Below the pieces are notes generated by a model. It was not told where the DNA came from and searched no databases. It was given only the letters and a program-made list of their open reading frames with translations. DNA of 64,000 nucleotides, from the IMG/VR virus record IMGVR_UViG_3300018475_000125. One strand, 5' to 3'. Numbering within the stretch: position 1 is the first letter of the stretch; the number at the start of each line of letters is the position of its first letter. This document shows positions 26,932 to 36,696 of this stretch, piece after piece. The translations under genes were made by a program, and so were the position numbers. This DNA is from a virus.

Positions 26932-26967
26932 ATATCACTCTTTCAGGCAAAAGCCCGCCAGAGCGTA

Positions 26968-27390
26968 TCAGGCACGTTCCAGCCAGGCGTTCAGTTCTTC
27001 TTCAATGATTTTGGCGCTCTTGGCACCGACCTTATCCAGAGCTTCGAGCGTCGCGCCGGTGTTGAGATAAGCGGTCAGCTGTTCGATCGTCTGGATGCTG
27101 TTAGCACCAAGGTTCCGGATGGAGGCAGCCGAAAAGCCGGCGGATTCCAGTGTTGTGCCGGCGGCTGCTTCCTGTTTCACTTCTTCGGCAGCTGGTACTT
27201 CGATAACTGCTTCCTGTTTGACTTCTTCCACAGCAGGGGCTTCGATGACCGGCTCCTGTTTGACTTCTTCGGCAGCCGCCGGAGTTTTCGAAGCGTCCGT
27301 TGTGTTGACTTCCAGCAGGTTCAGGTCTTTGCGCTTCAGGAAGCGGATCCCGTACCGGAAAGGGGCTTTGGCTTTGCAGCTCTGAATCAT
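26968..27390 (-). CDS. RNA polymerase alpha-subunit C-terminal-domain-like (HhH) protein with EEVKQE repeats
   Basis: The C-terminal 60 aa (LESAGFSAASIRNLGANSIQTIEQLTAYLNTGATLEALDKVGAKSAKIIEEEL) follow the alpha-CTD helix-hairpin-helix pattern (LELSVRSANCLK..I.T.GDL......ELL...N.G.KSL.EI). Three acidic (A)EEVKQE(A/P)VIE(A/V)PA repeats lie upstream. Confidence 0.4.
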   Translation of the reverse strand: MIQSCKAKAPFRYGIRFLKRKDLNLLEVNTTDASKTPAAAEEVKQEPVIEAPAVEEVKQEAVIEVPAAEEVKQEAAAGTTLESAGFSAASIRNLGANSIQTIEQLTAYLNTGATLEALDKVGAKSAKIIEEELNAWLERA

Positions 27391-27543
27391 AATATTAATC
27401 CTTTTGAATAAATGACTTGCCCTGCAAAGCCTTTACCTTTATTATGGAAGGATAGACTTCTCTGTCAAGGGCGTGAATAAATTCCGATTTGTCAGAATTT
27501 TCAGGATACGTTAAAGTATCAATGTAACGTAAGGTTTCACTAT

Positions 27544-29268
27544 TTGCAAACAGGAGCCGGAATGTCTCAGATTTCCTATATTCGACCGGGCGAGCCGGTC
27601 AGTGCGAGTGTCGCGAACCGACCGGTCAAAGGACTGGCGAATCAGGTCGAGGCGCTGGATCAGGCAATGTCTTCCGCGTCTTTAGGGGAATTGCTGATCC
27701 TCCGGGATATGCCGGTGTCGGAAGATGTCCGCACAGGGATGCCAGTCTATTGGGACGCACTGGAAAGCCGGTTCTGTCCCGCGAGATCCGGAGCGCGGAT
27801 GAACTGCCGGACGGGCGAGTTTGAGTCAGAAGCCTGCACGGACTGCATGGGGCTGGTAAAGGCCAAGCATACCGAGTCCTCCGGAGACATTCTTCTGTTC
27901 GGAGTGACGGACCTTCCTCAGATCCGCGATTTTCTTCCGGAAGGGACAGGGCGGTTCTATCTCGGGACCGACGCGGGAAGTTTGACGTTCACTCCAGGAA
28001 CGATCCAGGCACCGATCGGTGTTTTAATGGGACCTTCCGATCCCTGTGACGAACGGACCCGTGTTTACGTCAACCCGGAGTTTGCCGGCAAACTGACCGG
28101 GCATCATCATTACCGTCATGTTTTGAAACCGGAGAACTGGAAAGCCGCTTCGGAGTTTGCGAATGCTCCCTCAACTGCTGTCTATGCTTACGACATCGAG
28201 AGCGACCCAGACCTGAAGCGTGTCTTTCCCCCGGTCCCTCTTCAGGCGTGCTCCTGCACGATCGACTGGAACGGCAAGACCGATGATGCCTCTGCAATTG
28301 AAGAAACATTTGGCGGACGCGAGATCCCGGTCAATGAGGAGAATTCTTTGATCCGCATCGACTGCTCCGGGATATGGTGGATGTCCTCCGAAATAAGTCC
28401 CTTCGCGCCAGAGACCATGCTGAATGACGAGTCTTGGCGGGGCTTTCGGATCACCCTCCATTTCTCGCGCACCGCCTTTGAGAATTCCAAAGTCTATGTG
28501 ACCTCTCTCCAGCCGGACGAGGATCAGCCGTTTGAGTTTGTGGACTGTCACGGCGACATTGCTTCTACCGGCGAGCTTTTCATTCGATTTACGCTTGGGC
28601 ACCGGTTCCGGAACGCGGAACTTCTTTCCGGTTCAGCTTTAAGCCGGATCAGTGAGGACTGGTATCAGGAACAGGTACCGGTCATTCACGGGATCCGTTC
28701 GACTTCCCGGAATCTGCTCGTTAAGGGAAGTCTTGAGTTTGAGCAGGATCAGAAAGTCTGGCAGCGGGGTCTTCTTGAAGTGACCGCCAGCCCCTATTCC
28801 GAAGACTTTGAACTTCAGCCGCAGATCGTAAAATTGTCTGAGGCGCTTGAAAGTGAGTATTACCAGATACAATATCTTGCACTTCCGTACTCCAGAACCA
28901 GCGCGGTATCCATGAAGATGGAGATACCCGGTAAATTTGGTACGGATCTGAATGTGAGGATGCGGCTGACCTGTCTGGCAAAGCTGGCAGGTCTTTATCC
29001 GGAGATGCAGCTTCACTGCATCCGGCTTCCGCGTCCCGCCGGTGAGACGGTCTCCCTCCCGGCGCACATTACGCCTCAACAGGTCGGGCTGGAGAGTTCC
29101 GTCTCCGTAGAAGCCGACACCCTTTTCGAACTTGAGAGTCAGTCCATACGTGTCAGCGAGGGTGACACTCTGATATGGATCCTGCGCCGTCCGGCTTCCG
29201 CCTCCTATGCTTCGGATGTTGGGCTGGTCCGTATGACAGGCATTTTGAATTCAGGAGATATTTCATGA
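27544..29268 (+). CDS. hypothetical structural protein (574 aa)
   Basis: First gene of the + strand morphogenesis block, after a divergent intergenic region. Confidence 0.4.
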   Translation: MQTGAGMSQISYIRPGEPVSASVANRPVKGLANQVEALDQAMSSASLGELLILRDMPVSEDVRTGMPVYWDALESRFCPARSGARMNCRTGEFESEACTDCMGLVKAKHTESSGDILLFGVTDLPQIRDFLPEGTGRFYLGTDAGSLTFTPGTIQAPIGVLMGPSDPCDERTRVYVNPEFAGKLTGHHHYRHVLKPENWKAASEFANAPSTAVYAYDIESDPDLKRVFPPVPLQACSCTIDWNGKTDDASAIEETFGGREIPVNEENSLIRIDCSGIWWMSSEISPFAPETMLNDESWRGFRITLHFSRTAFENSKVYVTSLQPDEDQPFEFVDCHGDIASTGELFIRFTLGHRFRNAELLSGSALSRISEDWYQEQVPVIHGIRSTSRNLLVKGSLEFEQDQKVWQRGLLEVTASPYSEDFELQPQIVKLSEALESEYYQIQYLALPYSRTSAVSMKMEIPGKFGTDLNVRMRLTCLAKLAGLYPEMQLHCIRLPRPAGETVSLPAHITPQQVGLESSVSVEADTLFELESQSIRVSEGDTLIWILRRPASASYASDVGLVRMTGILNSGDIS

Positions 29269-30254
29269 TAGGCTTATGGAATGTCAACTGGCTGAACCAG
29301 AACTCGCAGCGTTCCTACCCGCTCTCGGACGCAGGCGATAAATGCTCCAGCCTGAGTCCGGATGTCCGTATCCCGGATGACTTTCTTCTGGCGCTTCGGC
29401 TTTCGGTGCATACCGGGCACGATGTCCGCCCGGAGAAGTTTTTTCTGAAGTCGCTGGTCGTTTCTCCTGCCGGATGCACAGTTGCTTTTGGTTATGACGA
29501 CGGGACCGAGTTCGGTCAGGATGCTGCGGTGTGCAGCCTTTCCGCTTCGGAAGAGATCCAGAACTGCCGCCTTTCCGGAGTAGGAAACTTCGAGGATGCC
29601 GTTGGCTATGCGGCATTTAACGGGCAGTGTCCTCTTCTGCGTTCTTTGTCCGGTTACTACTCTTTCTATCCAGCCTCTTCTTATGTCGAGCAGGATTGTG
29701 TCGTGCCGATGCTTCGCGGGGTCTCTTCCGTGCGGGTCAGTGACGGGACTTCCGTTTCGGAGCGGTACTACGGCGACATTGAGATTGTTGAGGGGAGTAA
29801 TGTGCAGATACTTACCGAGCCGACTTCAGACGGCGCGAAGATCATCATTAACGCGCTGGATACTTCCGGATTCAGTACGACGGATGATAAAGACTGTATT
29901 TGCGATCTGAACAAAGAAGATATTCCGATCACCAGTATCGGAGGCGCCTATCCGGGCGCGGACGGTTCGGTGAATTTTGTCGGTTCCGGCTGTCTGGCGA
30001 TCACCGGCTCTGGAAATACGCTGACCTTCTCGGACACCTGCGCGGAACCGGACTGCGGCTGTACGGAATTGGAATCGCTGGCGGCTTCCATAAAGGAGAT
30101 GGAAGACGGCATTGCCGGACTGAACCGCTTTCTGGAATCGCTGTATGAAGTCCTCTTAAGTACCAACGCTGCGGTAACGAGCAGCAATAAAGGCGGCGGC
30201 TGTTCGACCACTTTGACAGACCCCGCATCCCTTCCCGAGATCATACCCTACTGA
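29265..30254 (+). CDS. hypothetical tail/baseplate-associated protein (N-terminal WN..N..RSYP motif)
   Basis: ATGA overlap with the upstream gene. RBS GGAGATATTTC. The N-terminal motif is shared with gene 53418..53744. Confidence 0.4.
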   Translation: MIGLWNVNWLNQNSQRSYPLSDAGDKCSSLSPDVRIPDDFLLALRLSVHTGHDVRPEKFFLKSLVVSPAGCTVAFGYDDGTEFGQDAAVCSLSASEEIQNCRLSGVGNFEDAVGYAAFNGQCPLLRSLSGYYSFYPASSYVEQDCVVPMLRGVSSVRVSDGTSVSERYYGDIEIVEGSNVQILTEPTSDGAKIIINALDTSGFSTTDDKDCICDLNKEDIPITSIGGAYPGADGSVNFVGSGCLAITGSGNTLTFSDTCAEPDCGCTELESLAASIKEMEDGIAGLNRFLESLYEVLLSTNAAVTSSNKGGGCSTTLTDPASLPEIIPY

Positions 30255-30278
30255 TCTGTTATTAATAGCGTAAGTTAT

Positions 30279-30305
30279 ACCGCCGGCATATTCGGCGGTT
30301 TTTTA
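30279..30305 (+). terminator. rho-independent terminator
   Basis: ACCGCCG gcatatt CGGCGGT followed by T6. Confidence 0.75.
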
Positions 30306-30336
30306 TTATAAAATCAGATTCTCATCTGCCGACCTC

Positions 30337-30364
30337 TTGAAACTTTTGTTAAATGTATTATAAT
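30337..30364 (+). promoter_or_regulatory. sigma-70-like promoter (TTGAAA-N16-TATAAT) driving the ATPase/HNH cassette
   Basis: TTGAAA at 30337..30342 and TATAAT at 30359..30364 in an AT-rich island. A GAGGTG RBS lies 6 nt before the ATG at 30399. Confidence 0.55.
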
Positions 30365-30398
30365 GATTATATATGTTTGAAAATAGTCGAGGTGTATC

Positions 30399-31673
30399 AT
30401 GCTTAAGTCGATTCGACTGGAAAATGTGGGTCCGACGCCCGCGTTAACACTGGAATTTGGCTCCAGATTAAATATATTTACAGGGGATAATGGGCTGGGG
30501 AAATCCTTCCTTTTGGATATAGTATGGTTTACTCTGACCCGTTCCTGGCCGGCGGAAGTAAATCCGCGCATAACATCTGGCTTTCCGGCGAGGCTGCACA
30601 CTCCAGGGGAGCCGGCAAAGATACATTTTTCAATGAAGTCGGATCGCATTCGCAGCGGAGAATACACTTATCGTGAAGATGCCTGGGTACCCAAGACCGG
30701 ACGTCCTCATATGCCTGGACTGGTTGTCTATGCACACGTAGACGGTAGTTTCTCTGTATGGGATCCCATGAAAAATTACTGGCAGGATGACGACAGAGAG
30801 CGCAGGCTTCTGCGAACGCGTGCCTTCGTTTTTTCCCCAAGAGACGTGTGGCAGGGGTTAGGTACCAAAACTGTACGATACTGTAATGGCCTGCTGCAGG
30901 ACGTTTACGATTGGCAAAAAGACGCAGACTGGAAGATCAGCATTTTTAATGAGATTCTGGAGATCCTTTCTCCGGCGGACTGTATCTTGAGACTGGGGAC
31001 TCCTGCGAAAATGTCCGTGATGGATACACGCAACATCCCCACACTCGTAATGCCGTATGGCGAGGTTTCCGTACAGCTGGCATCTGCGGGGATTCGACGA
31101 ATTCTATCCTTGGCATATCTTCTGACGTGGACTTTGACGGAGCATGACAGGAACAGCAAACTTCTCGGAAAGGACCCAGTGAGACAGGTCACTTTTCTTA
31201 TGGATGAAGTCGAAGCGCACTTACACCCGCAGTGGCAGAGAAAGATCCTGAATGGACTGCTGGCGGTCTCCGCAAAGACTCTCTCGTCTCCGCTTCAGAT
31301 CCAATACTTTTTGGCTACGCACTCTCCGCTGGTCATGACGTCCTTGGAACCCGTGTTCGACGCCGCAGCCGACAAGTGGTTTGATTTTGAATTAGGAGCA
31401 GATGGCGCAGTATACGTTACAGCAGAGACTTTTGAGAAAAAAGGGGACGCGAATCAGTGGCTTCAGAGTGAGGCGTTTGATCTGGATTCCACGTACTCAC
31501 TTGAAACGTCTGCAGTCATGTCCCGTATGCGGGAATTGATCAACGCGCCTTTAGTAGACCCGTCCGCAGTCAAGGAGCAGTATCAGGAGCTTCTTCGCGT
31601 GCTGCCGGTAAACGATACGTTTCTACTTCGGCTTCAGGCTGTTTGTGCTGCGAAAGGAATTGCTTTGATATGA
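30399..31673 (+). CDS. ABC/SMC-like ATPase (AAA_15/AAA_21 family), Septu PtuA-like
   Basis: N-terminal IRLENVGP...LNIFTGDNGLGKSFLLD (Walker A), FLMDEVEAHLHPQWQ (Walker B/Q), LATHSPLV (H-loop). Confidence 0.6.
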   Translation: MLKSIRLENVGPTPALTLEFGSRLNIFTGDNGLGKSFLLDIVWFTLTRSWPAEVNPRITSGFPARLHTPGEPAKIHFSMKSDRIRSGEYTYREDAWVPKTGRPHMPGLVVYAHVDGSFSVWDPMKNYWQDDDRERRLLRTRAFVFSPRDVWQGLGTKTVRYCNGLLQDVYDWQKDADWKISIFNEILEILSPADCILRLGTPAKMSVMDTRNIPTLVMPYGEVSVQLASAGIRRILSLAYLLTWTLTEHDRNSKLLGKDPVRQVTFLMDEVEAHLHPQWQRKILNGLLAVSAKTLSSPLQIQYFLATHSPLVMTSLEPVFDAAADKWFDFELGADGAVYVTAETFEKKGDANQWLQSEAFDLDSTYSLETSAVMSRMRELINAPLVDPSAVKEQYQELLRVLPVNDTFLLRLQAVCAAKGIALI

Positions 31674-32284
31674 TACCTGTACATCCCCAGCCGGAACCTG
31701 TTCATTTTGATACGGAAGTACGCAAGAAAGGAAGTTTGTGGCTGCTGGAAAATCCGGACGCAAAGTCCGAGAAATTGCCTCCGTACTGGCGGAAGGTCAA
31801 CGAAGCGTTGTGGAGTGCGTACGGAGGGGTGTGTGCCTACCTCGCGGTATATTTTGAATTCGTGACCGGTGCCTCTACAACAGACCATTTTATCCCTAAG
31901 TCGGTAGAGCCGTCATTGGCTTATGAGTGGAGTAATTACCGGCTATCCTCTTTGGGGGCAAACAGGCGAAAGGGTGTGTCTGTAATATTGGACCCGTTTG
32001 ACCTGGAATCAGAATCCTTCTTTCTGGATATTCTGACGGGAGCAGTGTACCCCAATCCTGAAAAGGCACCGGACTATAAACATAGATGTGAGGAGACGAT
32101 CCAGACATTAGGACTGAACGATGCGAGGTGCATCAGTATGCGGTTGGAACATATCCAACAGTATCTTACTTGCGTAGTCTCCGAGGCGTACCTTCAGGCA
32201 AAGTCGCCTTTTGTCTATTACGAGCTTCGACGACAGCGGGTGGTACCTGTCGCCGCGGTACCTCCGGAAGTGTTTACATTATGA
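31670..32284 (+). CDS. HNH endonuclease, Septu PtuB-like partner of the ATPase
   Basis: ATGA overlap with the ATPase stop. HNH core TDHFIPKS...YEWSNYRLSSLGANRRKG (DH ... N ... N..K). Confidence 0.6.
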   Translation: MIPVHPQPEPVHFDTEVRKKGSLWLLENPDAKSEKLPPYWRKVNEALWSAYGGVCAYLAVYFEFVTGASTTDHFIPKSVEPSLAYEWSNYRLSSLGANRRKGVSVILDPFDLESESFFLDILTGAVYPNPEKAPDYKHRCEETIQTLGLNDARCISMRLEHIQQYLTCVVSEAYLQAKSPFVYYELRRQRVVPVAAVPPEVFTL

Positions 32285-33802
32285 TTTAGTATTGTACTTT
32301 ACCGTCACATTCCGCGTATAGAAGACGGTCGTGCGGGAAGTGATCCCTTGTTCCGGGACGTAGGGTACGGAGAGCTTTTGAGAGGCAGCGTCGCGGTAGT
32401 TTTGTCCGGCGGGTCCCCAGGTTTCTGAGGTAAGGTGGATGCTGTCGATCTGCTGTCCGTCCGCGAGCAAAGGATGAAGAACGCGAATGAGTTCTGAGGT
32501 CAAAATGTATCCCGTAAAGCCGGTGCTGTCGATGTAGTTGGCTGCCGCGTGCTGAAGTTCCTCTTCGTTTCCAGCGTCTTTGGACAGTTGAAGCGTGACG
32601 GAGACCCAACAAGGGTAGGCGGATCGAACAAGCGCGTCTTCCGAGACCGGCATCAGAGCGCGGTCGTCAAAGATCTCCTGCGCGGTATGGACGTCCTTCT
32701 GTCCGGCGAAGGTAATATCGAAAGTTTTTGTGTCACCGACGTTTCCGGTAAGTGCTTCATCTTCGGTCTGAAAGCGCAGGTGGAGGATCTGTCCGGCAGT
32801 GAATCCGATCCCGCCGATGACCGTCTGTTCTGAGATCGGCCATGTGCGGTTTTCCAATGATGCCTGCACGGCTCGATAGCAGCCCGGACAGACTTCTGCA
32901 GGAACGGTGACTTCCCACTGTTCCAGACCGTTTCGGATACCGGTAAACATGGCCGGCAAAGGTACTGTTTGATATTCCAGCGCCGTTTTGACGTAAAGGT
33001 CCGCTTTTCCGCCGACGGAGACAGGGAAGATCGTAAGCTGATCCCGTGTCATCTCCTCATCGCCGAATCCGATCACGGACAGGCCGGTTAGTGTGTCGAT
33101 CTTCTGTCGCAGCAGCGCGGCTATCTGGAACCGGTTTCCCCAGCAGGGGGTAGCCATTCCTTCTGCCAGACGGCTGATCATGGCGGTGTTGCTTTCCTCA
33201 TCTCTTCCCGGTGTGAAGTCCTCTGCGGCCCACGCAGCCGTGACGGTTCCCAGATCAGTCAACAGCGTATCCCCTGCGGTAACAGGAGTCAGTATACCGG
33301 CGGTCTCTGCGGTCACAGAGACATTGTACAAAAAAGTACCGTCTTTTGCCGGTGTCAGCCGCGGTGTCTGATTCGATGTTGTGCTGCACACGACGACTGC
33401 TTCATTGACACGGTAGGTATCCGTTCCGAAAGTGAAGCGGGTGTCGCTGGGGATCAGGATCGCCAGATCGCGCTCGAACTGGAGCGTTACGGTTCCGGCC
33501 GTGAACATGGACCCTTTGCGGGAGACATTGTAGTTGGAGAGGATCTTATCAACGACGCTCTCATCAGCCAGCGTCGGGTCCTGCGTTACGGCAAGCAGAC
33601 TTTGAGCGGACTTGTAGCGGTCCAGTTCTGCGGAGGTCTTGGCTGACAGGATGGCGTGCAGGTAGAGCACGATGTCATGCAGTGCGCCTTTAGACACATC
33701 CAGCTCCGGCAGAGCCTCCTGCAGCAGCTGTGCCAGAAGCGTCTGTTTCTGTGCCACTGCTTCCGGAGTGAGTGTGTCCAGATTCTTCAGTTCGATACTC
33801 AT
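32279..33802 (-). CDS. hypothetical structural protein, possibly baseplate J-like (507 aa)
   Basis: Size and composition suggest a baseplate wedge-like protein (weak). The stop abuts the HNH gene stop, making the two genes convergent with no spacer. Confidence 0.3.
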   Translation of the reverse strand: MSIELKNLDTLTPEAVAQKQTLLAQLLQEALPELDVSKGALHDIVLYLHAILSAKTSAELDRYKSAQSLLAVTQDPTLADESVVDKILSNYNVSRKGSMFTAGTVTLQFERDLAILIPSDTRFTFGTDTYRVNEAVVVCSTTSNQTPRLTPAKDGTFLYNVSVTAETAGILTPVTAGDTLLTDLGTVTAAWAAEDFTPGRDEESNTAMISRLAEGMATPCWGNRFQIAALLRQKIDTLTGLSVIGFGDEEMTRDQLTIFPVSVGGKADLYVKTALEYQTVPLPAMFTGIRNGLEQWEVTVPAEVCPGCYRAVQASLENRTWPISEQTVIGGIGFTAGQILHLRFQTEDEALTGNVGDTKTFDITFAGQKDVHTAQEIFDDRALMPVSEDALVRSAYPCWVSVTLQLSKDAGNEEELQHAAANYIDSTGFTGYILTSELIRVLHPLLADGQQIDSIHLTSETWGPAGQNYRDAASQKLSVPYVPEQGITSRTTVFYTRNVTVKYNTKS

Positions 33803-34521
33803 ACTCGCTTGATCTCCAATCCGCTTTCTGTTGTGTTGATCTGTACTCTTGTCCCTGCTGCGGTTCCCGGACGCATTCCAAAGACCAGATGACCATAGGC
33901 ATCTGAATGAACGTGGTTGATACTTTTCAGGCAGACCTGCGGTTCCAGTTCTCCTGCGCAGTTTGCTCTTTTATGAAGTACTTCTCCCATCATATCGATC
34001 CGGATCACATTGTTTCCCATATGCCGCAGGTAGAGCCCGTCCGCCCCGACCAGCCAGACATCGCCGTGCATGGAGTCCTGTCCGGTCCCCAGCGAGGATG
34101 CGCCAATGACGCGGGAAGGTGTGTTGCACCGGGCTGCAAAGGATGCGGCTTCAGGATAAAAGGTGTATTCTCCCGTCTCGATGGAGGCCAGCCAGTTGAG
34201 CCGTACCTTTTCCGAAACGAGGCAGCCCATTCTTCTTTTGCGGTCATTCTGAAAGTAAAGCACATCCGGTATTGCCGTGCGGTCCAGTTCGCAGGAGGCG
34301 CTGTCAGCCTCCGACGTAACGGTCAGGACGATACGATTGTTCTGTACCTGGATCCTGGAAAGGTACGGCATTCCTTCCGGGAAACAAAGCCCCGCATCCA
34401 AAAAAATATTCTCCGGAATCACCAGCGTTCCGGTTACATCAGTCAGGGTCGCCGTATCCATGAACGGATACCGGGTCTTCTCATACTGGTCCCTGAATTC
34501 CTGAAAAATTACTCTTGGCAT
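33799..34521 (-). CDS. hypothetical structural protein (240 aa)
   Basis: Start at the Met preceded by GAAGGAGATCT. The ORF-track start is further upstream. Confidence 0.4.
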   Translation of the reverse strand: MPRVIFQEFRDQYEKTRYPFMDTATLTDVTGTLVIPENIFLDAGLCFPEGMPYLSRIQVQNNRIVLTVTSEADSASCELDRTAIPDVLYFQNDRKRRMGCLVSEKVRLNWLASIETGEYTFYPEAASFAARCNTPSRVIGASSLGTGQDSMHGDVWLVGADGLYLRHMGNNVIRIDMMGEVLHKRANCAGELEPQVCLKSINHVHSDAYGHLVFGMRPGTAAGTRVQINTTESGLEIKRV

Positions 34522-34618
34522 AAGATCTCCTTCAGGCTGCAGTATACGCAACTTTTTCCGCATCTCCAACTTTTGGACGAAAGGCTTTTCGGAGGTAGGA
34601 TACGGCAAAGGAGAGCAT

Positions 34619-34999
34619 ATGAAAAACACATTCAGAATACGGGATGACCAGAGCATCTGGAACAAAAGCACGCTGGCGCACTTTCTGGACAATCGCCCGA
34701 TCAGCTTTGGAGAGCCGTCTCAGGACGATCTTCCGGAAACGGTCGTACCGCTGGAACTTTTGCGCGGACTGACGGGGCAGCATCTTTCGATCGTGCGCAT
34801 AAAGGATTCTGCCGAAACGCAGGACCTCTTCGCATTTCTGCCTTTGCTGAAGCATCTGGTGCCGGCCGGAAAGCAGCTGATCGTGTTCCGGGAGCTGGAA
34901 CCCTCGGAAGACCGGACGGAGCTCTCCTTCTTTGAAACGGACTTCATTGCGGAAGTCCTTGATGCAGAAGACAGACTTTCAGGAGCGGTGCACGAATGA
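34619..34999 (+). CDS. hypothetical protein (126 aa)
   Basis: RBS AAAGGAGAGCAT. Confidence 0.4.
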   Translation: MKNTFRIRDDQSIWNKSTLAHFLDNRPISFGEPSQDDLPETVVPLELLRGLTGQHLSIVRIKDSAETQDLFAFLPLLKHLVPAGKQLIVFRELEPSEDRTELSFFETDFIAEVLDAEDRLSGAVHE

Positions 35000-36696
35000 T
35001 CGAACGCTGTATTAAAACGAATCTCGGAAATAACCTGCTGAATATTGATGTGGTGGAGTACACCACGATGTTTCCGGGTGAGAGCAAGGCGGTCAACGTA
35101 CCCAAAGGCGATTACCGGAATTTTGTAGGCGAGGATCTCTGTACACCGATCGAAGGCGTTACCGAGAGTATCGAGATCCCTGCCGTGCCGCGCGTGGATC
35201 CGATGGCTCCAACAGCCAGTACGATACCGATCCCGGAGGCAGTCATTGCTTCGATCCTTCCCTGCGAGCAGGAAGGCTATTATCCTTGCCCTGAGATCTA
35301 CCTCTACAACACGCTTCTGGACCCGGAAGATGAGGGAGATCAGGAGACCTTTGAGAAGTACGCGGAGGATGATCAGGTCATTCCTGTGAAGTGGGAAACG
35401 GAGGATATTGAGCTGGAAGGGGAACTTCTGGTGAAGCTGGACGCGCAGTCTGTCTGCTGCTGTGAAGCTATCGAGAATGAGGATCCGGAGGACCATATCG
35501 ATATGTTTCAGATCCAGGGCTGGCGTCCGGGAAGCGGCTGCGTTCGCCGAAGGGAATACAAACTGCGCGCGGTCCCGATCAATGAAACACCTTGCTACAG
35601 CGTGCATCAGCTGGTGCTGGACTGGGAAGACAAGATCTGCGGCAAGAAAGTGGATGAAGGCACGGAGCCGCTGATGCCGCCGGAGTTCCAGATCCAGCAG
35701 GAAGACTTGCAGAGTAAAGAGCTTTTCTCGACAGAGGAGCCTTTTTCTGTAATTTTGGGTCCTTTTACGAAGATCCTTGGAGACGGGACGGGCCAGGAGT
35801 CTACACTTACATTTCCGCATATGCAGTATACGATCGACTGCGGCAGAACGACAGTGGAAGAAGTCGGCTCCAGCTCCATTTCTCTGGGGAAGATCGACTA
35901 CAGCCGGCTTATTAACGTGCCGGAGCATTACGCGAAACCGATCGTAAACTCTCCCTGCGAGTGCTTCTACGCTTATGACATTTACTACGGCGCGGAAGCA
36001 GTTGGGCGAGTCATCAATGAAAATCTGGAAGTTTATGCGGACGGCGAAGGCGGGTACCTGTGCCCTACGACAGGAATTTTACGGCTTACGAATGTGACGC
36101 AAACGGAAACTGGAGCTGTCTGTCCGACCGAGTACAACCTGGAGTTCCGCTGCGGAAGACTGGTATCCTGGGAACCGTATACTCAAGCACCGCCTACCGT
36201 ACTGACGACGGAAACGGTCTCAAACGTTACGGCCTCGGACAATATCCTGACGCTTAAACGAGACGAACTGGAATTCTGCGGCGGCATCTATACCGACAAA
36301 AATCCGGCATCTGACATCAAGGCCGTGTTCACCCTGGAAAAGGAAGAGGCGTCAGGAACTGAAAAAACGTTAGAGACAAGTATGGCGGGTGCCGGCGCGT
36401 TTGATTTAGATTGCGAGCTGTCGCTTACCTACACTGCGGAAGAGATCGAGATCCCGGTAGGCAGTCCTACGATAGAAGGCTGCACCTTAACCTGGGAGAC
36501 CAGAACGCTGAAGGTGATCACCGGTGTTGCTTTGAAGGCAGACGGTGTCGGCTTTGGTGAAAATGGAAATACTGTAAGGCTGACAGCTTCCGGCATACTT
36601 GCGGCGCACAAGCACACGGTAGAACTGCCCGCGCAGGGTGAACACACGCACAAAATCGTGATCAACGTGCAGAAGGAGGAGCAGGAAAATGCCTGA
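34996..36696 (+). CDS. hypothetical structural protein (566 aa), acidic, Cys-containing
   Basis: ATGA overlap with the upstream gene. No recognised domain. Confidence 0.4.
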   Translation: MIERCIKTNLGNNLLNIDVVEYTTMFPGESKAVNVPKGDYRNFVGEDLCTPIEGVTESIEIPAVPRVDPMAPTASTIPIPEAVIASILPCEQEGYYPCPEIYLYNTLLDPEDEGDQETFEKYAEDDQVIPVKWETEDIELEGELLVKLDAQSVCCCEAIENEDPEDHIDMFQIQGWRPGSGCVRRREYKLRAVPINETPCYSVHQLVLDWEDKICGKKVDEGTEPLMPPEFQIQQEDLQSKELFSTEEPFSVILGPFTKILGDGTGQESTLTFPHMQYTIDCGRTTVEEVGSSSISLGKIDYSRLINVPEHYAKPIVNSPCECFYAYDIYYGAEAVGRVINENLEVYADGEGGYLCPTTGILRLTNVTQTETGAVCPTEYNLEFRCGRLVSWEPYTQAPPTVLTTETVSNVTASDNILTLKRDELEFCGGIYTDKNPASDIKAVFTLEKEEASGTEKTLETSMAGAGAFDLDCELSLTYTAEEIEIPVGSPTIEGCTLTWETRTLKVITGVALKADGVGFGENGNTVRLTASGILAAHKHTVELPAQGEHTHKIVINVQKEEQENA

